A stretch of 64,000 nt of DNA from Anolis carolinensis (lineage: Eukaryota). The notes under the pieces were generated by a model. That model was given only the letters and a program-made list of their open reading frames with translations. It did not search any database and had not been told where the DNA came from. Position numbers and translations under genes: made by a program. Below, in pieces: positions 11,501-23,500 of the stretch. Each line of letters starts with the position of its first letter. Within the stretch, counting starts at the first letter, position 1. The stretch spans positions 264,646,525 through 264,710,524 of the forward strand of contig NC_085841.1 of assembly GCF_035594765.1 (NCBI RefSeq). Reading direction: 5' to 3'.

Positions 11501-14500
11501 AGAGGAAGCAAAGAAGGAAAGAGAGAGCCATGTTGCCATGAAGGCATCATAATACTTTATCACAGCTGGAGAAGGGAGAAAGGTGAAGGGAATGAAAGGA
11601 AGGTAAGAGAAAGAAGAAAAAGAAACTGAAAGGAAGGAGAGGAGAGGGAGGGGGGAAAGAAAGAAAGAAAAATGAGGGAAGGAAGTTATAGGAAAGGAGA
11701 AGGGGAGGAAAGAAAGAGAAAGAAAGGATGAAAGCGGGTGGCAGTGGCCTTCTATGACACCTATGCAACAGTAGGGGCTGTGGGGCTGTTTAAGCCTTTC
11801 TCAAGGTGAAGCAAATGATATGTGACTGAGAGTTGTAGTAAATAATATGAAAATAGTGATTTGGCAATGTGAGGGGCAGTCTTGGGAATATTGATTTTCT
11901 TTTACTCTTTGAGTGCAATGGACTTAAAACTAAGTAGGAGAACTACCAGAAATTCATAATCCAGCCCAACAGTCCTTTTGCCAATCTGTGTTCTCTTCCA
12001 ATACAATCTCAGCTCCATTTAACCACAACAGAGCTGCCTTCATGGAGTTCTGAACTGGAAATTCCTTTTCTCTTTAATCACCAAATGGTCACCAACTCAG
12101 GGCTGATCTTGGGCAGGCAGTGCCAGCATTAATTTCTCTTCAATTATGAAAAGCCATATTTCACAAGAGAGGTAAAAAGAAATATGATAAAAGAGAAGCC
12201 AGGTGAAAATTGAGAGGTTTACCTGTAGGGGATTGTGTTGGAACGGTCGCAGTAGTTTTCGTAATTGCTGTTCCACAAGAGTAGAGAAAAAGAATATTGG
12301 TACTCAAGACAAATAAATAAGAAAGCATCCACACTAAAACTGAATCTTATTTTGAGAAAAGTATAAACTGAGCAAATATATGAAAGTCCCCAGGTTTATC
12401 CAACTTACAGGGATTTATCTTCTGTAAGCAGTGTAACGTATACGTATGTTTTGGGGTTTTTTTTCTTCATGTCAGGAGCAACTTGAGAAACTGCTAGTTG
12501 CTTTAGGTGTGAGAGAATTGGCAATCTGCAAGGACATTGCCTAGAGGACAACTAGATGTTTTACCATCATGTGGGAGGCTTCTCTCATGTCCTCACATGA
12601 GGAGCTCCTTGAAACAAATATCTTTAATAGGCATAAAGAGTGAGAATGCAGGCATATACGTTGCACTCTTCTTTCTTGCACTCTCTCTTTTTTCTCAGGA
12701 AAAAAGAAAAAGAAAACTATTTGATGAAATTATTCATTTTGATTCCTTTTTCTCAAAACAATTCACGAATGCAATAGTTCTCAACTTTTGACCCTTCAGT
12801 TATAGCAAAATCAAATATAATCTAGCAAAATTATTTGCTTCTATCTATTTTTATTAGAAAAAATTCTCTAACACAATGGTTTCCAGCCTTTGTACCTCCA
12901 GTCATTTTGGAGTTCAGCTCCCAGAATCTTTAGTAATTCATTGTTATAGCAGAGGAATCTGGAAGCTGAAGTCCAAAATTCTAGCAAAGCAAAGGTTGAA
13001 AACCACTACAACTGATGTCATAGTGGCGTAGTGGTTTCAGCATTGGACTTTGACTCTGTAAACCAGAGTTAAAATTATTGCTTAGCCACAGAAATCTGAG
13101 AGGTCACATGGAATGAATCCCACAAATTCAGGCCCAGAAAACCCTGTGATAGCATAATGACCTTCAAAAGTCACAAAATATACCCCCGCAAAAAAGCAGG
13201 AAGCCGTACCACTAGTAGAGTTGATGGTTGTAGTAGCCATAGTAGTAGAAGGTGGAGCGGAGGTAGTAGGAGCGGTAGATGCAGTAGTTATGGAGGTGAG
13301 TGTACTTAATGGAGAGCTGGTGGTTGTAGAGGTGGCAGTTATAGGCACTGAAAATGTAGGGATACTCGATATGGTTGTCTTAAAGGTGCTGATACTAGTA
13401 GGGAAACTTGAGGTACTGAGACTGATAGTGGTGGTTGCAGTGTGAGTCCCAACTGAAGTAGATTCAACAGAGGTAGGTGCAGAAGTAGTGGTAGGATGTT
13501 GCACAGGCTGAGGAGGAAAGGTTGTAGGTTTTGAAATGGTAAAAGTGGAAGGAGACCAAGTGGATGTAGAAGTGGCCTTTGAGGTGCTTGAAGATAAAGT
13601 AATTTTTGAAGTGGAAGAGACATGAGTACTTGAAGATATTCTTGTACTGCTGACTGTAGAAGTAAAGACAAAAGATAGGGAGATGAAGTCAACAAGAAAG
13701 CAAAATCTACACCATGAGCATGTACACAATATTGGACCATAAAGTTAGTAAAACATTACACAGGTTTTTAGTACAAGGAGGAAAACACATTTCTGGAAAA
13801 CAAAAAAGGCACAAATGTTTTGGAATACGGAGTCGAATACAGGGTTACCCATCTGGGAGGAACAGTGCAGGTGGCCCTCCAGGCTTTAGAAGGAGTCTAA
13901 AAATTTTCAAAACTATCATGAGGGGGGTAGGGACAGAACTCACATCTGACAATTTTGAGTCAGTTGGGAAAACTTACCTGTGGTGGTGACGGGGTGAGTT
14001 GTAGTCGAAGTTGTCGTTGTGGATGGAGGTGTGGTCGTTTCTGTGGTGGTTGGTGTAGTGGTGGTGGGAGTGGTGGTGCTTAGCGGAGTAGTATAGGTGA
14101 CTGTCGGCGTTGGCGTGGAGGAGACGGGTGTGGGTGTCGTCGGTGGCATCGGAGTGACGGTTGGCAAGGGGGTGATGGGTGATATTGTGGTAGTTGGGGT
14201 GTGCGTGCTTGTTGGAGTAGATTTGGTGGAGGTTGTGGTGGGGGTGGTTGGAGTGGTAGGGTGAGAGGTCGATGTGGTGGAGGGAGATGTGGTCCTGGTG
14301 GTGGGTTTGGGTGTTGTGGGGGTTGGGGTTGTCTTTGGCGTGCTGGCCGTGGACGACTCTGTGGACACAGTGGTTTTAGTAGTTGTGGAGGGTGAGGCGG
14401 TTGGTGTTGTTCTGGTTGTGGGGCTGGGAGAAGGCTTTCTTCTGGGTGTGGGGGCTGGAAAAGAAAAGAAAGAGGGAAGAGCTTTGAAGGCTTTGCAATA

Positions 14501-17500
14501 AGAAAGCACGGGCGTAGCAAATTAATAATTCTAACAAAAATAATAAAGATTGAGTCTTCATTTATATACTTTGTTATCTCCGAAAAGAGATTTATGGTGG
14601 TGAACAACAAAGTCAACAAATATTGAGAGTCAGGAAACATTCAAAAGAGAGGCAAATAAGGATACAGGGGACTTCCCTCCTGAGATAGGTCCTTACCTGG
14701 TGGGGTGTGTGTCGTGACGGTGCTGTGGGTTGTTTCTATAAAGGAAGGGGAAAGCGGATAGAAAAGTTAGAGAAACATAGGGGTGGCCATTAAGAAGAGC
14801 CAGGAGTGAGCCCACTGCAGTCCTGAGATGTGGGAGTCTCAGACCAGTTGGGTGAAGGCTGAGGTCCTGCCCGTGTTCCCCATTTGGGAGGAGCAGTGCA
14901 AAAGGCTTTAGAGGGAGTCCAAACGTTTCCAAAAATGTCATTAGGGGAGCAGGACGGGATTCCCATCTGACGGTACTGAATTGGTTGGGAAAACTTACCT
15001 GTGGTGGTGACGGGGTGAGTTGTAGTCGAAGTGGTCGTTGTGGATGGAGGCGTGGTCGTTTCCGTGGTGGTTGGTGTAGTGGTGGTGGGAGTGGTGGTGC
15101 TTAGCGGAGTAGTATAGGTGACTGTCGGCGTTGGCGTGGAGGAGACGGGTGTGGGTGTTGTCGGTGGCATCGGAGTGACGGTTGGCAAGGGGGTGATGGG
15201 CGATATTGTGGTAGTTGGGGTGTGCGTGCTTGTTGGAGTAGATTTGGTGGAGGTTGTGGTGGGGGTGGTTGGAGTGGTAGGGTGAGAGGTTGATGTGGTG
15301 GAGGGAGACGTGGTCTTGGTGGTGGGTTTGGATGTTGTGGGGGTTGGGGTTGTCTTTGGCGTGCTGGCCATGGACTCTGTGGACACAGTGGTTTTAGTAG
15401 TTGTGGAGGGTGAGGCGGTTGGTGTTGTTCTGGTTGTGGGGCTGGGAGAAGGCTTTGTTCTGGGTGTGGGGGCTGGAAAAGAAAAGAAAGAGGGAAGAGC
15501 TTTGAAGGCTTTGCAATAAGAAAGCACGGGCGTAGCAAATTAATAATTCTAACAAAAATAATAAAGATTGAGTCTTCATTTATATACTTTGTTATCTCCG
15601 AAAAGAGATTTATGGTGGTGAACAACAAAGTCAACAAATATTGAGAATCAGGAAACATTCAAAAGAGAGGCAAATAAGGATACAGGGGACTTCCCTCCTG
15701 AGATAGGTCCTTACCTGGTGGGGTGTGTGTCGTGACGGTGCTGTGGGTTGTTTCTATAAAGGATGGGGAAAGCGGATAGAAAAGTTAGAGAAACATAGGG
15801 GTGGCCATTAAGAAGAGCCAGGAGTGAGCCCACTGCAGTCCTGAGATGTGGGAGTCTCAGACCAGTTGGGTGAAGGCTGAGGTCCTGCCCGTGTTCCCCA
15901 TTTGGGAGGAGCAGTGCAAACGGCTTTAGAGGGAGTCCAAATGTTTCCAAAAATGTCATTAGGGGAGCAGGACGGGATTCCCATCTGACGGTAATGAATT
16001 GGTTGGGAAAACTTACCTGTGGTGGTGACGGGGTGAGTTGTAGTCGAAGTGGTCGTTGTGGATGGAGGCGTGGTCGTTTCCGTGGTGGTTGGTGTAGTGG
16101 TGGTGGGAGTGGTGGTGCTTAGCAGAGTAGTATAGGTGACTGTCGGCGTTGGCATGGAGGAGACGGGTGTGGGTGTCGTCGGTGGCATCGGAGTGACGGT
16201 TGGCAAGGGGGTGATGGGCGATATTGTGGTAGTTGGGGTGTGCGTGCTTGTTGGAGTAGATTTGGTGGAGGTTGTGGTGGGGGTGGTTGGAGTGGTAGGG
16301 TGAGAGGTCGATGTGGTGGAGGCAGACGTGGTCTTGGTGGTGGGTTTGGATGTTGTGGGGGTTGGGGTTGTCTTTGGCGTGCTGGCCGTGGACTCTGTGG
16401 ACACAGTGGTTTTAGTAGTTGTGGAGGGTGAGGCGGTTGGTGTTGTTGTGGTTGTGGGGCTGGGAGAAGGCTTTGTTCTGGGTGTGGGGGCTGGAAAAGA
16501 AAAGAAAGAGGGAAGAGCTTTGAAGGCTTTGCAATAAGAAAGCACGGGCGTAGCAAATTAATAATTCTAACAAAAATAATAAAGATTGAGTCTTCATTTA
16601 TATACTTTGTTATCTCCGAAAAGAGATTTATAGTGGTGAACAACAAAGTCAACAAATATTGAGAGTCAGGAAACATTCAAAAGAGAGGCAAATAAGGATA
16701 CAGGGGACCTCCCTCCTGAGATAGGTCCTTACCTGGTGGGGTGTGTGTAGTGACGGTGCTGTGGGTTGTTTCTATAAAGGAAGGGAAAAGCGGATAGAAA
16801 AGTTAGAGAAACGTAGGGGTGGCCATTAAGAAGAGCCAGGAGTGAGCCCACTGCAGTCCTGAGATGTGGGAGTCTCAGACCAGTTGGGTGAAGGCTGAGG
16901 TTCTGCCCGTGTTCCCCATTTGGGAGGAGCAGTGCAAACGGCTTTAGAGGGAGTCCAAATGTTTCCAAAAATGTCATGTGGGGAGCAGGACGGGATTCCC
17001 ATCTGACGGTACTGAATGGGTTGGGAAAACTTACCTGTGGTGGTGACAGGGTGAGTTGTAGTCGAAGTGGTCGTTGTGGATGGAGGCGTGGTCGTTTCCG
17101 TGGTGGTTGGTGTAGTGGTGGTGGGAGTGGTGGTGCTTAGCGGAGTGGTATAGGTGACTGTCGGCGTTGGCGTGGAGGAGACGGGTGTGGGTGTCGTCGG
17201 TGGCATCGGAGTGACGGTTGGCAAGGGGGTGATGGGTGATATTGTGGTAGTTGGGGTGTGCGTGCTTGTTGGAGTAGATTTGGTGGAGGTTGTGGTGGGG
17301 GTGGTTGGAGTGGTAGGGTGAGAGGTCGATGTGGTGGAGGGAGATGTGGTCCTGGTGGTGGGTTTGGGTGTTGTGGGGGTTGGGGTTGTCTTTGGCGTGC
17401 TGGCCGTGGACGACTCTGTGGACACAGTGGTTTTAGTAGTTGTGGAGGGTGAGGCGGTTGGTGTTGTTCTGGTTGTGGGGCTGGGAGAAGGCTTTCTTCT

Positions 17501-20500
17501 GGGTGTGGGGGCTGGAAAAGAAAAGAAAGAGTGAAGAGCTTTGAAGGCTTTGCAATAAGAAAGCACGGGCGTAGCAAATTAATAATTCTAACAAAAATAA
17601 TAAAGATTGAGTCTTCATTTATATACTTTGTTATCTCCGAAAAGAGATTTATGGTGGTGAACAACAAAGTCAACAAATATTGAGAGTCAGGAAACATTCA
17701 AAAGAGAGGCAAATAAGGATACAGGGGACTTCCCTCCTGAGATAGGTCCTTACCTGGTGGGGTGTGTGTCGTGACGGTGCTGTGGGTTGTTTCTATAAAG
17801 AAAGGGAAAAGCGGATAGAAAAGTTAGAGAAACGTAGGGGTGGCCATTAAGAAGAGCCAGGAGTGAGCCCACTGCAGTCCTGAGATGTGGGAGTCTCAGA
17901 CCAGTTGGGTGAAGGCTGAGGTCCTGCCCGTGTTCCCCATTTGGGAGGAGCAGTGCAAACGGCTTTAGAGGGAGTCCAAACGTTTCCAAAAATGTCATGA
18001 GGGGAGCAGGACGGGATTACCATCTGACGGTACTGAATGGGTTGGGAAAACTTACCTGTGGTGGTGACGGGGTGAGTTGTAGTCGACGTGGTCGTTGTGG
18101 ATGGAGGCGTGGTCGTTTCCGTGGTGGTTGGTGTAGTGGTGGTGGGAGTGGTGGTGCTTAGCGGAGTGGTATAGGTGACTGTCGGCGTTGGCGTGGAGGA
18201 GACGGGTGTGGGTGTCGTCGGTGGCATCGGAGTGACGGTTGGCAAGGGGGTGATGGGTGATATTGTGGTAGTTGGGGTGTGCGTGCTTGTTGGAGTAGAT
18301 TTGGTGGAGGTTGTGGTGGGGGTGGTTGGAGTGGTAGGGTGAGAGGTCGATGTGGTGGAGGGAGATGTGGTCCTGGTGGTGGGTTTGGGTGTTGTGGGGG
18401 TTGGGGTTGTCTTTGGCGTGCTGGCCGTGGACGACTCTGTGGACACAGTGGTTTTAGTAGTTGTGGAGGGTGAGGCGGTTGGTGTTGTTCTGGTTGTGGG
18501 GCTGGGAGAAGGCTTTGTTCTGGGTGTGGGGGCTGGAAAAGAAAAGAAAGAGGGAAGAGCTTTGAAGGCTTTGCAATAAGAAAGCACGGGCGTAGCAAAT
18601 TAATAATTCTAACAAAAATAATAAAGATTGAGTCTTCATTTATATACTTTGCTATCTCTGAAAAGAGATTTATAGTGGTGAACAACAAAGTCAACAAATA
18701 TTGAGAGTCAGGAAACATTCAAAAGAGAGGCAAATAAGGATACAGGGGACTTCCCTCCTGAGATAGGTCCTTACCTGGTGGGGTGTGTGTCGTGACGGTG
18801 CTGTGGGTTGTTTCTATAAAGGAAGGGAAAAGCGGATAGAAAAGTTAGAGAAACGTAGGGGTGGCCATTAAGAAGAGCCAGGAGTGAGCCCACTGCAGTC
18901 CTGAGATGTGGGAGTCTCGGACCAGTTGGGTGAAGGCTGAGGTCCTGCCCGTGTTCCCCATTTGGGAGGAGCAGTGCAAACGGCTTTAGAGGGAGTCCAA
19001 ACGTTTCCAAAAATGTCATGAGGGGAGCAGGACGGGATTCCCATCTGACGGTACTGAATGGGTTGGGAAAATTTACCTGTGGTGGTGACAGGGTGAGTTG
19101 TAGTCGAAGTGGTCGTTGTGGATGGAGGCGTGGTCGTTTCCGTGGTGGTTGGTGTAGTGGTGGTGGGAGTGGTGGTGCTTAGCGGAGTGGTATAGGTGAC
19201 TGTCGGTGTTGGCGTGGAGGAGACGGGTGTGGGTGTCGTCGGTGGCATCGGAGTGACGGTTGGCAAGGGGGTGATGGGTGATATTGTGGTAGTTGGGGTG
19301 TGCGTGCTTGTTGGAGTAGATTTGGTGGAGGTCGTGGTGGGGGTGGTTGGAGTGGTAGGGTGAGAGGTCGATGTGGTGGAGGGAGATGTGGTCCTGGTGG
19401 TGGGTTTGGGTGTTGTGGGGGTTGGGGTTGTCTTTGGCGTGCTGGCCGTGGACGACTCTGTGGACACAGTGGTTTTAGTAGTTGTGGAGGGTGAGGCGGT
19501 TGGTGTTGTTCTGGTTGTGGGGCTGGGAGAAGGCTTTCTTCTGGGTGTGGGGGCTGGAAAAGAAAAGAAAGAGTGAAGAGCTTTGAAGGCTTTGCAATAA
19601 GAAAGCACGGGCGTAGCAAATTAATAATTCTAACAAAAATAATAAAGATTGAGTCTTCATTTATATACTTTGTTATCTCCGAAAAGAGATTTATGGTGGT
19701 GAACAACAAAGTCAACAAATATTGAGAGTCAGGAAACATTCAAAAGAGAGGCAAATAAGGATACAGGGGACTTCCCTCCTGAGATAGGTCCTTACCTGGT
19801 GGGGTGTGTGTCGTGACGGTGCTGTGGGTTGTTTCTATAAAGAAAGGGAAAAGCGGATAGAAAAGTTAGAGAAACGTAGGGGTGGCCATTAAGAAGAGCC
19901 AGGAGTGAGCCCACTGCAGTCCTGAGATGTGGGAGTCTCAGACCAGTTGGGTGAAGGCTGAGGTCCTGCCCGTGTTCCCCATTTGGGAGGAGCAGTGCAA
20001 ACGGCTTTAGAGGGAGTCCAAACGTTTCCAAAAATGTCATGAGGGGAGCAGGACGGGATTCCCATCTGACGGTACTGAATGGGTTGGGAAAACTTACCTG
20101 TGGTGGTGATGGGGTGAGTTGTAGTCGACGTGGTCGTTGTGGATGGAGGCGTGGTCGTTTCCGTGGTGGTTGGTGTAGTGGTGGTGGGAGTGGTGGTGCT
20201 TAGCGGAGTGGTATAGGTGACTGTCGGCGTTGGCGTGGAGGAGACGGGTGTGGGTGTCGTCGGTGGCATCGGAGTGACGGTTGGCAAGGGGGTGATGGGT
20301 GATATTGTGGTAGTTGGGGTGTGCGTGCTTGTTGGAGTAGATTTGGTGGAGGTTGTGGTGGGGGTGGTTGGAGTGGTAGGGTGAGAGGTCGATGTGGTGG
20401 AGGGAGATGTGGTCCTGGTGGTGGGTTTGGGTGTTGTGGGGGTTGGGGTTGTCTTTGGCGTGCTGGCCGTGGACGACTCTGTGGACACAGTGGTTTTAGT

Positions 20501-23500
20501 AGTTGTGGAGGGTGAGGCGGTTGGTGTTGTTCTGGTTGTGGGGCTGGGAGAAGGCTTTCTTCTGGGTGTGGGGGCTGGAAAAGAAAAGAAAGAGGGAAGA
20601 GCTTTGAAGGCTTTGCAATAAGAAAGCACGGGCGTAACAAATTAATAGTTCTAACAAAAATAATAAAGATTGAGTCTTCATTTATATACTTTGCTATCTC
20701 TGAAAAGAGATTTATAGTGGTGAACAACAAAGTCAACAAATATTGAGAGTCAGGAAACATTCAAAAGAGAGGCAAATAAGGATACAGGGGACTTCCCTCC
20801 TGAGATAGGTCCTTACCTGGTGGGGTGTGTGTCGTGACGGTGCTGTGGGTTGTTTCTATAAAGGAAGGGAAAAGCGGATAGAAAAGTTAGAGAAACGTAG
20901 GGGTGGCCATTAAGAAGAGCCAGGAGTGAGCCCACTGCAGTCCTGAGATGTGGGAGTCTCGGACCAGTTGGGTGAAGGCTGAGGTCCTGCCCGTGTTCCC
21001 CATTTGGGAGGAGCAGTGCAAACGGCTTTAGAGGGAGTCCAAACGTTTCCAAAAATGTCATGAGGGGAGCAGGACGGGATTCCCATCTGACGGTACTGAA
21101 TGGGTTGGGAAAATTTACCTGTGGTGGTGACGGGGTGAGTTGTAGTCGAAGTGGTCGTTGTGGATGGAGGCGTGGTCGTTTCCGTGGTGGTTGGTGTAGT
21201 GGTGGTGGGAGTGGTGGTGCTTAGCGGAGTGGTATAGGTGACTGTCGGCGTTGGCGTGGAGGAGACGGGTGTGGGTGTCGTCGGTGGCATCGGAGTGACG
21301 GTTGGCAAGGGGGTGATGGGTGATATTGTGGTAGTTGGGGTGTGCGTGCTTGTTGGAGTAGATTTGGTGGAGGTCGTGGTGGGGGTGGTTGGAGTGGTAG
21401 GGTGAGAGGTCGATGTGGTGGAGGGAGATGTGGTCCTGGTGGTGGGTTTGGGTGTTGTGGGGGTTGGGGTTGTCTTTGGCGTGCTGGCCGTGGACGACTC
21501 TGTGGACACAGTGGTTTTAGTAGTTGTGGAGGGTGAGGCGGTTGGTGTTGTTCTGGTTGTGGGGCTGGGAGAAGGCTTTCTTCTGGGTGTGGGGGCTGGA
21601 AAAGAAAAGAAAGAGTGAAGAGCTTTGAAGGCTTTGCAATAAGAAAGCACGGGCGTAGCAAATTAATAATTCTAACAAAAATAATAAAGATTGAGTCTTC
21701 ATTTATATACTTTGTTATCTCCGAAAAGAGATTTATGGTGGTGAACAACAAAGTCAACAAATATTGAGAGTCAGGAAACATTCAAAAGAGAGGCAAATAA
21801 GGATACAGGGGACTTCCCTCCTGAGATAGGTCCTTACCTGGTGGGGTGTGTGTCGTGACGGTGCTGTGGGTTGTTTCTATAAAGGAAGGGAAAAGCGGAT
21901 AGAAAAGTTAGAGAAACGTAGGGGTGGCCATTAAGAAGAGCCAGGAGTGAGCCCACTGCAGTCCTGAGATGTGGGAGTCTCAGACCAGTTGGGTGAAGGC
22001 TGAGGTCCTGCCCGTGTTCCCCATTTGGGAGGAGCAGTGCAAACGGCTTTAGAGGGAGTCCAAACGTTTCCAAAAATGTCCTGAGGGGAGCAGGACGGGA
22101 TTACCATCTGACGGTACTGAATGGGTTGGGAAAACTTACCTGTGGTGGTGACGGGGTGAGTTGTAGTCGACGTGGTCGTTGTGGATGGAGGCGTGGTCGT
22201 TTCCGTGGTGGTTGGTGTAGTGGTGGTGGGAGTGGTGGTGCTTAGCGGAGTGGTATAGGTGACTGTCGGCGTTGGCGTGGAGGAGACGGGTGTGGGTGTC
22301 GTCGGTGGCATCGGAGTGACGGTTGGCAAGGGGGTGATGGGTGATATTGTGGTAGTTGGGGTGTGCGTGCTTGTTGGAGTAGATTTGGTGGAGGTTGTGG
22401 TGGGGGTGGTTGGAGTGGTAGGGTGAGAGGTCGATGTGGTGGAGGGAGATGTGGTCCTGGTGGTGGGTTTGGGTGTTGTGGGGGTTGGGGTTGTCTTTGG
22501 CGTGCTGGCCGTGGACGACTCTGTGGACACAGTGGTTTTAGTAGTTGTGGAGGGTGAGGCGGTTGGTGTTGTTCTGGTTGTGGGGCTGGGAGAAGGCTTT
22601 CTTCTGGGTGTGGGGGCTGGAAAAGAAAAGAAAGAGGGAAGAGCTTTGAAGGCTTTGCAATAAGAAAGCACGGGCGTAGCAAATTAATAATTCTAACAAA
22701 AATAATAAAGATTGAGTCTTCATTTATATACTTTGCTATCTCTGAAAAGAGATTTATAGTGGTGAACAACGAAGTCAACAAATATTGAGAGTCAGGAAAC
22801 ATTCAAAAGAGAGGCAAATAAGGATACAGGGGACTTCCCTCCTGAGATAGGTCCTTACCTGGTGGGGTGTGTGTAGTGACGGTGCTGTGGGTTGTTTCTA
22901 TAAAGGAAGGGGAAAGCGGATAGAAAAGTTAGAGAAACATAGGGGTGGCCATTAAGAAGAGCCAGGAGTGAGCCCACTGCAGTCCTGAGATGTGGGAGTC
23001 TCAGACCAGTTGGGTGAAGGCTGAGGTCCTGCCCGTGTTCCCCATTTGGGAGGAGCAGTGCAAACGGCTTAAGAGGGAGTCCAAACGTTTCCAAAAATGT
23101 CATGAGGGGAGCAGGACGGGATTCCCATCTGACGGTACTGAATGGGTTGGGAAAACTTACCTGTGGTGGTGACGGGGTGAGTTGTAGTCGAAGTGGTCGT
23201 TGTGGATGGAGGCGTGGTTGTTTCCGTGGTGGTTGGTGTAGTGGTGGTGGGAGTGGAGGTGCTTAGCGGAGTGGTATAGGTGACTGTCGGCGTTGGCGTG
23301 GAGGAGACGGGTGTGGGTGTCGTCGGTGGCATCGGAGTGACGGTTGGCAAGGGGGTGATGGGTGATATTGTGGTAGTTGGGGTGTGCGTGCTTGTTGGAG
23401 TAGATTTGGTGGAGGTTGTGGTGGGGGTGGTTGGAGTGGTAGGGTGAGAGGTCGATGTGGTGGAGGGAGATGTGGTCCTGGTGGTGGGTTTGGGTGTTGT

